Below, piece after piece: positions 6,458-14,350 of a stretch of DNA of 24,000 nt; position 1 is the stretch's first letter; each line of letters begins with the position of its first letter. The DNA comes from Alphaproteobacteria bacterium. GTDB lineage: Bacteria; Pseudomonadota; Alphaproteobacteria; TMED109. The translations under genes and the position numbers were made by a program. Location of the stretch: the NCBI GenBank assembly GCA_029247025.1, contig JAQWLZ010000005.1:1-24000 (forward strand). The letters run 5' to 3'. The notes under the pieces were generated by a model. That model was not told the DNA's origin, searched no databases, and saw nothing but the letters and a program-made list of their open reading frames with translations.

Positions 6458-7028
6458 TAAATTGCACTTATATTTAAAGTTTTTTTTATTATATTCTTTT
6501 TTATTAGTAATTTTAATTCCTAAAAGTTTTGCCCATGGAGGTTTATCTTTAGATGAAGATTATTGTGTATTAACAGTCGGTAAATATGAAATGCATTTTA
6601 GCGGCTACCAACCAGAAAATAATGGTCCTAAAGAATTTTGCGAAGATATTCCTGAGACAGGAAATACAATTGTGGTATTAGATTTTATGGATGATGAATT
6701 ACGTTCGCTCCCCGTTGAAGTAAGAATAATTCTTGATACGGAAGAAAATAATGAGGATTTAGAAAGTATTACTGTATATAAAAAAGATTATAAAATATAT
6801 AAAAATGGAACAATAAGTTTAAGAAAAAATTTTGAAAACAAAGGAAAATTCATAGGTTATGTAACAGTAAAGGATGAAAATAATTTCATAATATCTGAAT
6901 TTCCATTTTCAGTAGGCATAGAAAGAAAAAGTTCATCTTATATTTACTTTATCATATTGGCTCTAATTACTGGAGCATCATTATTTTATTTTGGTAATAA
7001 GATTAGAAATAAATCGTTGAATGCGTAA
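6438..7028 (+). CDS. Orphan periplasmic protein with a C-terminal TM anchor and predicted N-terminal His (PmoD/AmoD-like position and architecture; homology unverified)
   Basis: Signal peptide ...ILIPKSFA|HGGLSLDEDYCVLTVGKYEMHFSGYQPENNGPKEFCEDIP, then an acidic beta-rich domain and a C-terminal helix YIYFIILALITGASLFYFG. The ATG at 6438 is chosen because it directly precedes the signal peptide. It overlaps the upstream stop by 20 nt. Confidence 0.6.
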   Translation: MIIVTTNKLHLYLKFFLLYSFLLVILIPKSFAHGGLSLDEDYCVLTVGKYEMHFSGYQPENNGPKEFCEDIPETGNTIVVLDFMDDELRSLPVEVRIILDTEENNEDLESITVYKKDYKIYKNGTISLRKNFENKGKFIGYVTVKDENNFIISEFPFSVGIERKSSSYIYFIILALITGASLFYFGNKIRNKSLNA

Positions 7029-7386
7029 TCTTTTAAAATATGTTTTATTAATATTTATATTTGAATATAATTATGCTTGTGCACACGCAGTATTAGAGTT
7101 TTCTGAACCAGCAAGGAGAGCTATATTATATAGAGCTCCTGAGCAAGTTGTTTTAACTTTTAATGAACCTGTAGAAATAGAATTTTCTAAAATACTATTA
7201 ATGAATAATGAAGATAAAATAATAGCTTCAAGTAGTAATCTGAAAAATATATATGATAATAATTCAATAGGTATGCAAATTCCTAAGTTAACTTCAGGAA
7301 TATATTTTATTCAATTTCAAGTTCTTTCAATTGATGGACATAAAGTAAAAGGCAGATATAAATTTACTATTAAGGATAGTAATTAA
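7021..7386 (+). CDS. copC: CopC-family periplasmic copper-binding protein
   Basis: 121 aa. The signal peptide ends ACA|HAVLEFSEPA. VVLTFNEPVE..FSKI, GIYFIQFQVLSIDGHKVKGRYKFTI matches the CopC/YobA pattern (HA.L..S.P...V.L.F.E.v...G.Y.v.w.v.S.DGH...G.f.F.v). It overlaps the upstream gene by 8 nt. Confidence 0.85.
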   Translation: MRNLLKYVLLIFIFEYNYACAHAVLEFSEPARRAILYRAPEQVVLTFNEPVEIEFSKILLMNNEDKIIASSSNLKNIYDNNSIGMQIPKLTSGIYFIQFQVLSIDGHKVKGRYKFTIKDSN

Positions 7387-7391
7387 TTCAA

Positions 7392-9338
7392 ATGGTTGAA
7401 ATACTTCTAAGTATCTCAAAATTTTTTCAAAGTATAATTTTAACATTTACACTTGGGTTTTATTTTGTAAATTATTACATAATAAAAAAATTTAAATATA
7501 GTATTAGTATTATTAATAGAATTACTCTGTATCTAATAATAGTATTAATAATATCAATTATTATACTTTTTCTTCAAGTTTATTATCGTTATGAAGATAT
7601 AAATGAATTACTTAATTTAAACTATATTATTACAATCTTATTTAAAACAAGGTTTGGCGGAATATGGTTAATAAAATTTTTTATTTTTATATTATTAATT
7701 ATAATATGTAGAATAAGAAATATTAACAATTTCTTAATAATATTTTTATTATCTTTGTCTTTAGGCTTAGTAACTCTGACAGGTCATGCTATTTCATCTG
7801 ATATGGTTTATGTAACTATTCCAGTTAATTTTATTCATATTGTTTCTGTTAGCTTATGGGTTGGAGCTTTACCATACCTCTTTTTTAATATATCAAAAGA
7901 TAATAATTCAGTAATTTACCAAGTTAAAAGATTTTCATCTTTTGCTTCTTATAATATGGTTTTTATATTATTTTCTGGTTTCTTATTATCATTAATAAAC
8001 TTAGATTATAGTTTTGCTGCATTATTAGGCACTGATTATGGTCAAGTTATAATTTTAAAATTATTATTTGTATCAATAGCATTACTTAGCGCTCTTTATA
8101 TAAGAATGTCTTTATTAAATGGAAAAAAATTTTTAAAATTTAATTTTTCTATTAAAAATATATTAAAGTTAGAGATTATTTCTGTTGTATTTATTTTTGG
8201 TATTGGAATTTTTCTTTCACAAACTATACCAGGAGCACACGATGAAATAGAGTGGCCATTAAATTTTAGATTATCTATAGATGTTGCAATGGAAGATACT
8301 ATAAATAAAAATAGTATTTTATTCCTATTAATTTTTATTAGTTTGTTTCTTGGTATAATTTTTATGGATTTTATTTTAAATAAAAAATTTAGTAAATCTT
8401 TCTTTTATTCAATTTCTATTATATCTATTTCAGGATTAGGTATAGTTTACTTATTATCTATTGAAGCTTACCCTGTAACCTATAAGCAACCGTCTGTCCC
8501 TTACTCGGCAATATCTGTTTATAATGGAAAATTATTATATAGAAATAATTGCGTACAATGTCACGGCTATTCTGGTCAAGGCGATGGGATAATAGTAAAT
8601 GAAGATTTAGCTATTTTACCTGCAAATTTAACTGAACCACATACTGCCTATCATACTGCTGGAGATATTTATTGGTGGTTAACAAACGGAATGCCTCCAA
8701 GCATAATGCCAGGATTTGAGAGTATATTGAATGAAGATAATAGGTGGGATTTAATAAATTTTTTAAGAACTTTATCTTTAAGTTATGAGGCAAGAATACT
8801 AAATAATAAAATTGTTTATAAAAAGCCTTGGTTACCAGCAGTAGATTTTGACTTTGTAACTCTAAATGGAAAAACAGGAAGGTTATCTCAGTATAGAGGT
8901 AAAAAAGCAATAATACTTATCATAATGGATAATATAAACAATAATGAAAATAGAATTAATAAAATTATTCAGGCGTATAATGACATAAAAGAATTAGGTG
9001 CAGAGGTATTATTGGTTTCTAGTAATAATAATTTTAAGCAAGAAAATTTCAATAAAAAATACAAAAATATTCCTTTTCCTATAATATATGAAGGTTCTGA
9101 AGAAATATTAAACACCTATAATTTATTTAGAAGAACTATATTAAATCCTGATAAAAAAGATAAAAATGAAAGCATAGAATATATCGAGTTTTTAATTGAT
9201 CAGTATGGTTATATTAGAACTAGATGGAAGCAAGATGAAATTAATGATGAAAATAAATCACTTAATTATTTATCAGCAATACAAGAATTAGAAAAAGAAG
9301 GTAAAATATTGGATTATCCTGATGAGCACGTTCATTAA
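7392..9338 (+). CDS. copD: CopD-family membrane protein fused to a class-I c-type cytochrome domain and a Cys-less thioredoxin/AhpC-TSA-like domain
   Basis: The N-terminal ~360 aa is polytopic with CopD motifs (LTGHAISSD; IHIVSVSLWVGALPYLF). Then comes the heme motif NNCVQCHGYSGQGDG with a distal GMPPSIMPGF. After that, VDFDFVTLNGKTGRLSQYRGKKAIILIIMD...GAEVLLVSSNN...FPIIYE looks like a redoxin fold lacking the CxxC/peroxidatic Cys. Confidence 0.8.
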   Translation: MVEILLSISKFFQSIILTFTLGFYFVNYYIIKKFKYSISIINRITLYLIIVLIISIIILFLQVYYRYEDINELLNLNYIITILFKTRFGGIWLIKFFIFILLIIICRIRNINNFLIIFLLSLSLGLVTLTGHAISSDMVYVTIPVNFIHIVSVSLWVGALPYLFFNISKDNNSVIYQVKRFSSFASYNMVFILFSGFLLSLINLDYSFAALLGTDYGQVIILKLLFVSIALLSALYIRMSLLNGKKFLKFNFSIKNILKLEIISVVFIFGIGIFLSQTIPGAHDEIEWPLNFRLSIDVAMEDTINKNSILFLLIFISLFLGIIFMDFILNKKFSKSFFYSISIISISGLGIVYLLSIEAYPVTYKQPSVPYSAISVYNGKLLYRNNCVQCHGYSGQGDGIIVNEDLAILPANLTEPHTAYHTAGDIYWWLTNGMPPSIMPGFESILNEDNRWDLINFLRTLSLSYEARILNNKIVYKKPWLPAVDFDFVTLNGKTGRLSQYRGKKAIILIIMDNINNNENRINKIIQAYNDIKELGAEVLLVSSNNNFKQENFNKKYKNIPFPIIYEGSEEILNTYNLFRRTILNPDKKDKNESIEYIEFLIDQYGYIRTRWKQDEINDENKSLNYLSAIQELEKEGKILDYPDEHVH

Positions 9339-10170
9339 AAGATACCAGATAATTATTTATTGTTCTTTAGTATTTACTTTATGGATATTAATAAGTTTTA
9401 GTTTTATTTTTTGTAGTTTTACTGATTATTGTATTATAAAAAAAATAGATAATAGTATTACTTTGCAGGAGCATATACCCAAATTAACTTGTGATAATAT
9501 AATGGCACAAGGTATAAAGAATATTTATACAAAAAGTAAATTAAAGGTATTAGTAATTCCTCCTAAAAATCATTTTGCTGATAAAAAATATTCTGCAATT
9601 ATAGTTCTTCCACCAGCAGGAAAAACTGTAAGAAAATCAGAGGGTTTTTATGAAGGGTTAACTTCATTAGCTAATAATAGTGGTTTCATAATTGCTTATA
9701 GCGATTACCTTCCTCTAAATGAAACTAATTTATCTAAAATATCAGAGGTAAAAAATACTCTGAGTGAAAATTATTGTATTAATAAAAATGATATAACTAT
9801 GTTAGGACATTCTGATGGAGCTACAAATGCCGCAATTATTTCTTATAGAGATATTGGAATAAAAATAAAGAATCTTATTATTTCTGCTAATGGGATTAAT
9901 AAAAAAGCTTTAGAAAGTGAAATATGTCCTAAAAAATTTTTTTCCCTTATGATACTGCATAGTGTAAATGATGCTTTTTTTAGAGATTTTGGCAGAGATA
10001 ATATTGAATGGATTTCGCTTTGCAGTAACTGCAAGAATACTTATGAAAAGCTAGATAATGGGTGTATGAAAATAAAAGATTGCGATAGAAAAATTGTATA
10101 TTGTGAAGGTAAAGAGTCACATAATGAATGGCCAAAAAGAAATAATATTATTATTGATTTTTTAAAGTAA
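9322..10170 (+). CDS. Alpha/beta-hydrolase esterase, PHB-depolymerase/LpqC-like family, N-terminally anchored
   Basis: N-terminal TM/signal segment, then IIVLPPAGKT...GFIIAYSDY, a nucleophile elbow MLGHSDGA (GxSxG), LHSVNDAFF, and a Cys-rich C-terminus ending ..VYCEGKESHNEWP as in the COG3509-type esterases I recall. The ATG overlaps the copD 3' end by 17 nt. Confidence 0.6.
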   Translation: MSTFIKRYQIIIYCSLVFTLWILISFSFIFCSFTDYCIIKKIDNSITLQEHIPKLTCDNIMAQGIKNIYTKSKLKVLVIPPKNHFADKKYSAIIVLPPAGKTVRKSEGFYEGLTSLANNSGFIIAYSDYLPLNETNLSKISEVKNTLSENYCINKNDITMLGHSDGATNAAIISYRDIGIKIKNLIISANGINKKALESEICPKKFFSLMILHSVNDAFFRDFGRDNIEWISLCSNCKNTYEKLDNGCMKIKDCDRKIVYCEGKESHNEWPKRNNIIIDFLK

Positions 10171-10238
10171 AACTAAATCTTTTTATAAAGATGTTAGAAT
10201 AATTTAAAAATTAATTTTAGTAGATATAAATATTAAAT

Positions 10239-13031
10239 TTAAAAGCTCATTAAAGATGAATCGATTGACTTTTCTTTTGGCGGAGCAAATTTAGTTAAAT
10301 CAATCCCTTTAACTGCATTTTTATATTCTTCGATAGTAGGAGTTCTTCCCAAAATTGCTGATAGAACCACAACGGGAGTTGAAGCTAAAAGAGATTCTCC
10401 TTTTTTATCTTCAGAATCTTCCACAACTCTTCCTTTGAATAGTCTTGTTGAGGTAGCCATTACCGTATCACCTTTTGATGCTTTTTCTTGGTTTCCCATA
10501 CAAAGATTACAACCAGGTCTTTCTAAATATAATATATTTTCATATTGCGTTCTTGCCGCATTTTTTGGATTAACATCATCGAATTCAAAACCTGAATACT
10601 TTTGTAAAATACTCCAATCACCCTCTGACTTAAGTTCATTTATAATATTATATGTGGGAGCAGCTACTACTAAAGGAGCTTTAAATTTAACACTACCAGA
10701 TTGATCTTCCAAATTTCTAAGCATTTGTGCAACTATTTTTACATCACCTTTATGCACCATACAGGAACCCACAAATCCAAGGTCTACGGTTTTCTCCGCA
10801 CCATAATAGGATATAGGCCTAATGGTGTCGTGTGTATAACGTTTAGATACATCAATATTATTAACATCTGGGTCAGCAATCATAGGCTCATCTATTTGAT
10901 CTAATTCAACAACTACTTCAGCGTAATATTTAGCATTTTCATCAGGTTTTAAAGCAGGTTTAGTACCAGATCTGATTTCAGAAATACGTTTGTTTGCAAT
11001 CTCTACTAATCTTTCTAGCATTGCTGCATCGTTTTCCATTCCATTATCTATCATTATTTGTATGCGATCTCTTGCTATATTGAGTGACTCAATTAATGTA
11101 CTATCATTAGAAATACATATTGATGCTTTTGCCTTCATTTCGGCAGTCCAATCAGTAAATGTAAAAGCTTGGTCTGCTAAAAGAGTACCAGTATGAACTT
11201 CAATCACTCTACCTTGAAAAACATTATCACCAAATTGTTTTAACATTTGCGATTGTGTGGCATGAACGACATCACGGAAATCAAGATGTTCTGACATTTT
11301 TCCCTTAAAAGTAACTTTAACAGATTCAGGGATTGGCATAGTAACCTCTCCTGTTGCAAGAGCTAATGCAACGGTTCCGGAATCTGCTCCGAAAGCAACT
11401 CCCTTAGACATACGAGTATGAGAATCTCCTCCAATTATAATCGCCCAATCATCTACAGTAATATCATTTAATACTTTATGAATTACATCTGTCATTGCAT
11501 GATAAACGCCTTTCGGGTCTCTGCCAGTTATTAAACCAAAATCGTGCATAAATTTCATTAATTTAGGTGTGTTTGTCTGAGCCTTTGAGTCCCAAACAGA
11601 AGCGGTATGACATCCAGATTGATAAGCTCCATTGACGGTAGGTGAGATAGTTGTCGCTGCCATAGATTCAAGTTCTTGTGCAGTCATTAATCCAGTAGTA
11701 TCCTGAGACCCAACTATATTTACTTTTGCTCTAACATCTGAACCTGCATGGAGAATAGAGTCTAGTTCAACACCAACAGCATTAGCATTAAATATTTTTT
11801 CAACAGCAGTAAGTCCTTGGTCCTTATGTAATACTTCTTTAGAAGGTGCATAAGCTGATTGTAAATCAATATTAAGGGCCTCACATGCAAAACTCTGTAA
11901 TTTTTTTCCAAATACAATTGCATATGAACCGCCTGCTTTCATAAATTCTGTTTTTTGAGGATTAAAGGATGATGAAATATCAACTAGTTCTTCATTACCA
12001 TTTTTATCATATAGTTTTTTATTTTTAGTATTTATGTTGAGAACAGTTCCTGTTTCTACTGAATACTTTTGTTCAAGAACAGGGTTACCATCATTATTTA
12101 TAATAGGGTTACCATTTGGATCTAATTTTTTTACCCAATTTTTTAAGTCAATTCCTATTCCACCAGTTACGCCTACAGTAGTTAAGAATATAGGAGAAAT
12201 ACCATTAGTTCCAGCAACTATTGGTGCATTATTAACAAAAGGTATGAATGGACTCGTTTTTTTTCCAGTAAGAAGGGCTACATTATTTACCCCAGACATT
12301 CTCGATGACCCTACACCCATAGTCCCTTTCTCTGCAATTAGCATAACACTTTTATCTGGATTCTCATTTTGTAATTTTTTAATTTCAGCTTGAGCTTTTT
12401 CTGTAATCATACATTTACCATGAAGTTCTCTATCTGATCGAGAATGTGCTTGATTTCCAGGAGATAAAAGATCTGTTGAGATGTCACCTTCTCCTGCCAC
12501 ATAAGTAACTACTTTTATTTCTTCATTTATATCTGGTAGGCTTGTATAAAATTCTGCTTTTGAATAACTTTTAAGAATATCTAGAGCTATTAAATTACCA
12601 CTCTGATAGGCATTTTTAAGACGGGTAGTATCAGCTTCGTATAAAAATACTTGTGTTTTAAGAATTTCTGCAGCATCAATAGCATTTCTTTGATTATCAC
12701 TTAAAGCTAAATCTAGAAGGATCTCTATAGATGGGCCTCCTTTCATGTGCGATAAAAGCTCTAATGCAAATGGTTTTGAAATTTCTGCAACCGATGTATT
12801 ATCTAAAATAATTTTTTTTAAAAATTTTGCTTTTTCATAAGCTGCGGTAGTAGTACCTGGAAGAGTATTATAAATTAGAAAATTTAGAGAGTCATCTCTG
12901 TATATACTGTTTTTATCTTCTATATTTATAATAAGTTCTTTTATTAATTCACCATCATCAATTGGCTTTGGTTTTAAATCTTGTTTTTTTCTTTCATTAA
13001 TTTCATTTAAGTAATCTTTGTACAAATTCAT
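10239..13031 (-). CDS. acnB: Aconitate hydratase B (bifunctional aconitase 2 / 2-methylisocitrate dehydratase type)
   Basis: 930 aa, colinear with E. coli AcnB: N-terminal HEAT-like domain, VGSQDTTG, GGDSHTR, FVGSCMVH, and PGCNLCMGNQ (Fe-S Cys ligands). Confidence 0.92.
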   Translation of the reverse strand: MNLYKDYLNEINERKKQDLKPKPIDDGELIKELIINIEDKNSIYRDDSLNFLIYNTLPGTTTAAYEKAKFLKKIILDNTSVAEISKPFALELLSHMKGGPSIEILLDLALSDNQRNAIDAAEILKTQVFLYEADTTRLKNAYQSGNLIALDILKSYSKAEFYTSLPDINEEIKVVTYVAGEGDISTDLLSPGNQAHSRSDRELHGKCMITEKAQAEIKKLQNENPDKSVMLIAEKGTMGVGSSRMSGVNNVALLTGKKTSPFIPFVNNAPIVAGTNGISPIFLTTVGVTGGIGIDLKNWVKKLDPNGNPIINNDGNPVLEQKYSVETGTVLNINTKNKKLYDKNGNEELVDISSSFNPQKTEFMKAGGSYAIVFGKKLQSFACEALNIDLQSAYAPSKEVLHKDQGLTAVEKIFNANAVGVELDSILHAGSDVRAKVNIVGSQDTTGLMTAQELESMAATTISPTVNGAYQSGCHTASVWDSKAQTNTPKLMKFMHDFGLITGRDPKGVYHAMTDVIHKVLNDITVDDWAIIIGGDSHTRMSKGVAFGADSGTVALALATGEVTMPIPESVKVTFKGKMSEHLDFRDVVHATQSQMLKQFGDNVFQGRVIEVHTGTLLADQAFTFTDWTAEMKAKASICISNDSTLIESLNIARDRIQIMIDNGMENDAAMLERLVEIANKRISEIRSGTKPALKPDENAKYYAEVVVELDQIDEPMIADPDVNNIDVSKRYTHDTIRPISYYGAEKTVDLGFVGSCMVHKGDVKIVAQMLRNLEDQSGSVKFKAPLVVAAPTYNIINELKSEGDWSILQKYSGFEFDDVNPKNAARTQYENILYLERPGCNLCMGNQEKASKGDTVMATSTRLFKGRVVEDSEDKKGESLLASTPVVVLSAILGRTPTIEEYKNAVKGIDLTKFAPPKEKSIDSSLMSF

Positions 13032-13180
13032 GTTTGTATCCTAAATATAAGCAAATTTTAGCGAAAAATTGTTAACATATTTATATCTTTATTATAATTT
13101 AAGTCAAGGTGAAAGCAAGTGCTACTGTCATATATACAGTTTTAAAGATAGTATAAAAAAATTAAATTTTACTTTTTTAT

Positions 13181-13582
13181 TTATAATTTATTACCGTAAT
13201 CAATTATCAAATCATCTATTAACGGGATATCTGCTTCAAGCCAATTTAAGGATTTTAAATCATTTATTTTTAGTAATTTATAATCAGTATGTTCGTATAA
13301 TTTTCCATTAAAATCTTCAGTTATGCATATATAGCTATGTAGCTTGATACCAAAATCTGGGTAATTATGAGTTATAATCTTATATTTTTTTTGAATTATT
13401 ATATCTATACTTAGTTCTTCTTTGATCTCTCTATTTAAAGCATCAATATAAGATTCATCATTTTTAATTTTCCCACCAGGAAATTCATATTTAAAAGAAA
13501 CATAATCGTATTTACTATATCCTCTTTTTAGACATAATATTTTATCTTCAATGAAAATTATTGCTGCAACGACTTCTATCAC
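13181..13582 (-). CDS. NUDIX hydrolase (MutT-like)
   Basis: Nudix box GGKIKNDESYIDALNREIKEELSI. I shorten the track ORF to the in-frame GTG at 13582 ((M)IEVVAAIIFIEDKILCLKR, a typical MutT N-terminus). The 81-aa upstream extension is low-complexity and runs antisense through the DUF2805 gene. The start is uncertain. Confidence 0.7.
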   Translation of the reverse strand: MIEVVAAIIFIEDKILCLKRGYSKYDYVSFKYEFPGGKIKNDESYIDALNREIKEELSIDIIIQKKYKIITHNYPDFGIKLHSYICITEDFNGKLYEHTDYKLLKINDLKSLNWLEADIPLIDDLIIDYGNKL

Positions 13583-13688
13583 ATTAAAACCTAGGTAATT
13601 TTTTTTATATATTAAACTAATAAAAAATAATGATCTATTTAAATTTTTCTTCACGTATTTAAATAGTATATTTTGTAATTGGAATGAT

Positions 13689-13886
13689 ATGAAAAATTTA
13701 GATGAAATTATTGAAATGGCGTGGTGTGATAAAACTAGCTTTGATGATATTAAATCCTTTTGTAATTTAGAAGAAAGAGATGTTATAAAAATAATGAGAA
13801 AGAATTTAAAACCTTCAAGTTTCAAAATGTGGAGAAAGAGAGTTACAGGAAGAAAAAGTAAGCATTCAAATTATAATAAATTATAA
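13689..13886 (+). CDS. DUF2805 / TIGR03643-family small protein
   Basis: 65 aa. IIEMAWCDKTSFDDI...VIKIMRKNLKPSSFKMWRKRVTGRKSKH matches the conserved pattern of this family as I recall it. Confidence 0.7.
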   Translation: MKNLDEIIEMAWCDKTSFDDIKSFCNLEERDVIKIMRKNLKPSSFKMWRKRVTGRKSKHSNYNKL

Positions 13887-13890
13887 CAAA

Positions 13891-14232
13891 CTATTTTTGT
13901 ATTTCGATATTGGAGCATCCTTCAATGCTTTTCTCTCCGTTAGGCATGATTGTATTACAAAAGTTAGTGGACCTTATGAATGAGCTAGTTAAATTTACTT
14001 CGAATAGATTAGAATATGATAAATCAGTTCCAATAAGTATTGAGCCCTTTAATGTTGACCCTTGTAGATTAGAACCTTTTAAATTCATACCCCCAAGATC
14101 TGCGTTTGATAAATCACAATTTAAACAAATATGGGTATTGTTTAGTTTTAATAGATCATTTTCATCGTATGCTTTTAATTCAAACGATATAATAAAAAGC
14201 ATTAAATATTTTAACATTTTTAAAGATTCCAA
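13891..14232 (-). CDS. Secreted pentapeptide-repeat protein
   Basis: Signal peptide, then tandem A(D/N)LxX pentapeptides: CDLSNADLGGMNLKGSNLQGSTLKGSILIGTDLSYSNLFEVNLTSS. Confidence 0.75.
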   Translation of the reverse strand: MESLKMLKYLMLFIISFELKAYDENDLLKLNNTHICLNCDLSNADLGGMNLKGSNLQGSTLKGSILIGTDLSYSNLFEVNLTSSFIRSTNFCNTIMPNGEKSIEGCSNIEIQK

Positions 14233-14350
14233 TTATATTAAATATAATTTTTATATGGCATAGGTAACAAAATGGATCATTTAAAAAAATTGTGTAGTAA
14301 AGTAATATTTTTTAATTGTATAAATAAATGGAGAATTGGAGGTATGTTAT

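Noticed and set aside
8611-8910. 99-aa minus-strand ORF within the copD fusion. Similar shadow ORFs occur at 9843-10034 (-), 14894-15106 (-), 20787-20981 (-), 23206-23406 (+) and 13069-13311 (+).
   Set aside because: Each is antisense to, or overlaps, a gene with clear family motifs, and none has a motif of its own. The 13069 ORF starts at a TTG in the acnB upstream spacer and runs antisense into the NUDIX gene.
10171-10238. Intrinsic terminators in the convergent spacer between the esterase and acnB (ATCTTT-ttat-AAAGAT)
   Set aside because: The stem is only a 6-bp all-weak pairing with no convincing U-tract. It is indistinguishable from background in AT-rich DNA.
10435-12393. Four plus-strand ORFs (10435-10704, 10701-10904, 10990-11196, 12034-12393) inside acnB
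   Set aside because: All lie antisense within a 930-aa gene that is colinear with AcnB. None shows any motif, so they are shadow ORFs.
13069-13098. Plus-strand TTGTTA-N18-TATAAT, a near-consensus sigma-70 promoter
   Set aside because: It points into the 3' end of a minus-strand gene, and the nearest plus-strand gene is about 600 nt away. Such hexamers arise by chance at this A+T content. An antisense promoter cannot be excluded.
13124-13140. ACTGTCATATATACAGT palindrome resembling an SOS box (CTGT-N8-ACAG) or half of a Pho box (CTGTCAT)
   Set aside because: The spacer is 7 nt, not 8. The flanking genes (acnB, NUDIX) are not SOS or Pho genes. The second Pho half-site is not a direct repeat. 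The 5-bp stem is too weak to call a terminator.
13910-14263. 117-aa plus-strand ORF covering the same DNA as the pentapeptide-repeat gene
   Set aside because: The minus-strand frame gives a signal peptide plus a regular A(D/N)LxX repeat ladder. The plus frame has no recognisable features.
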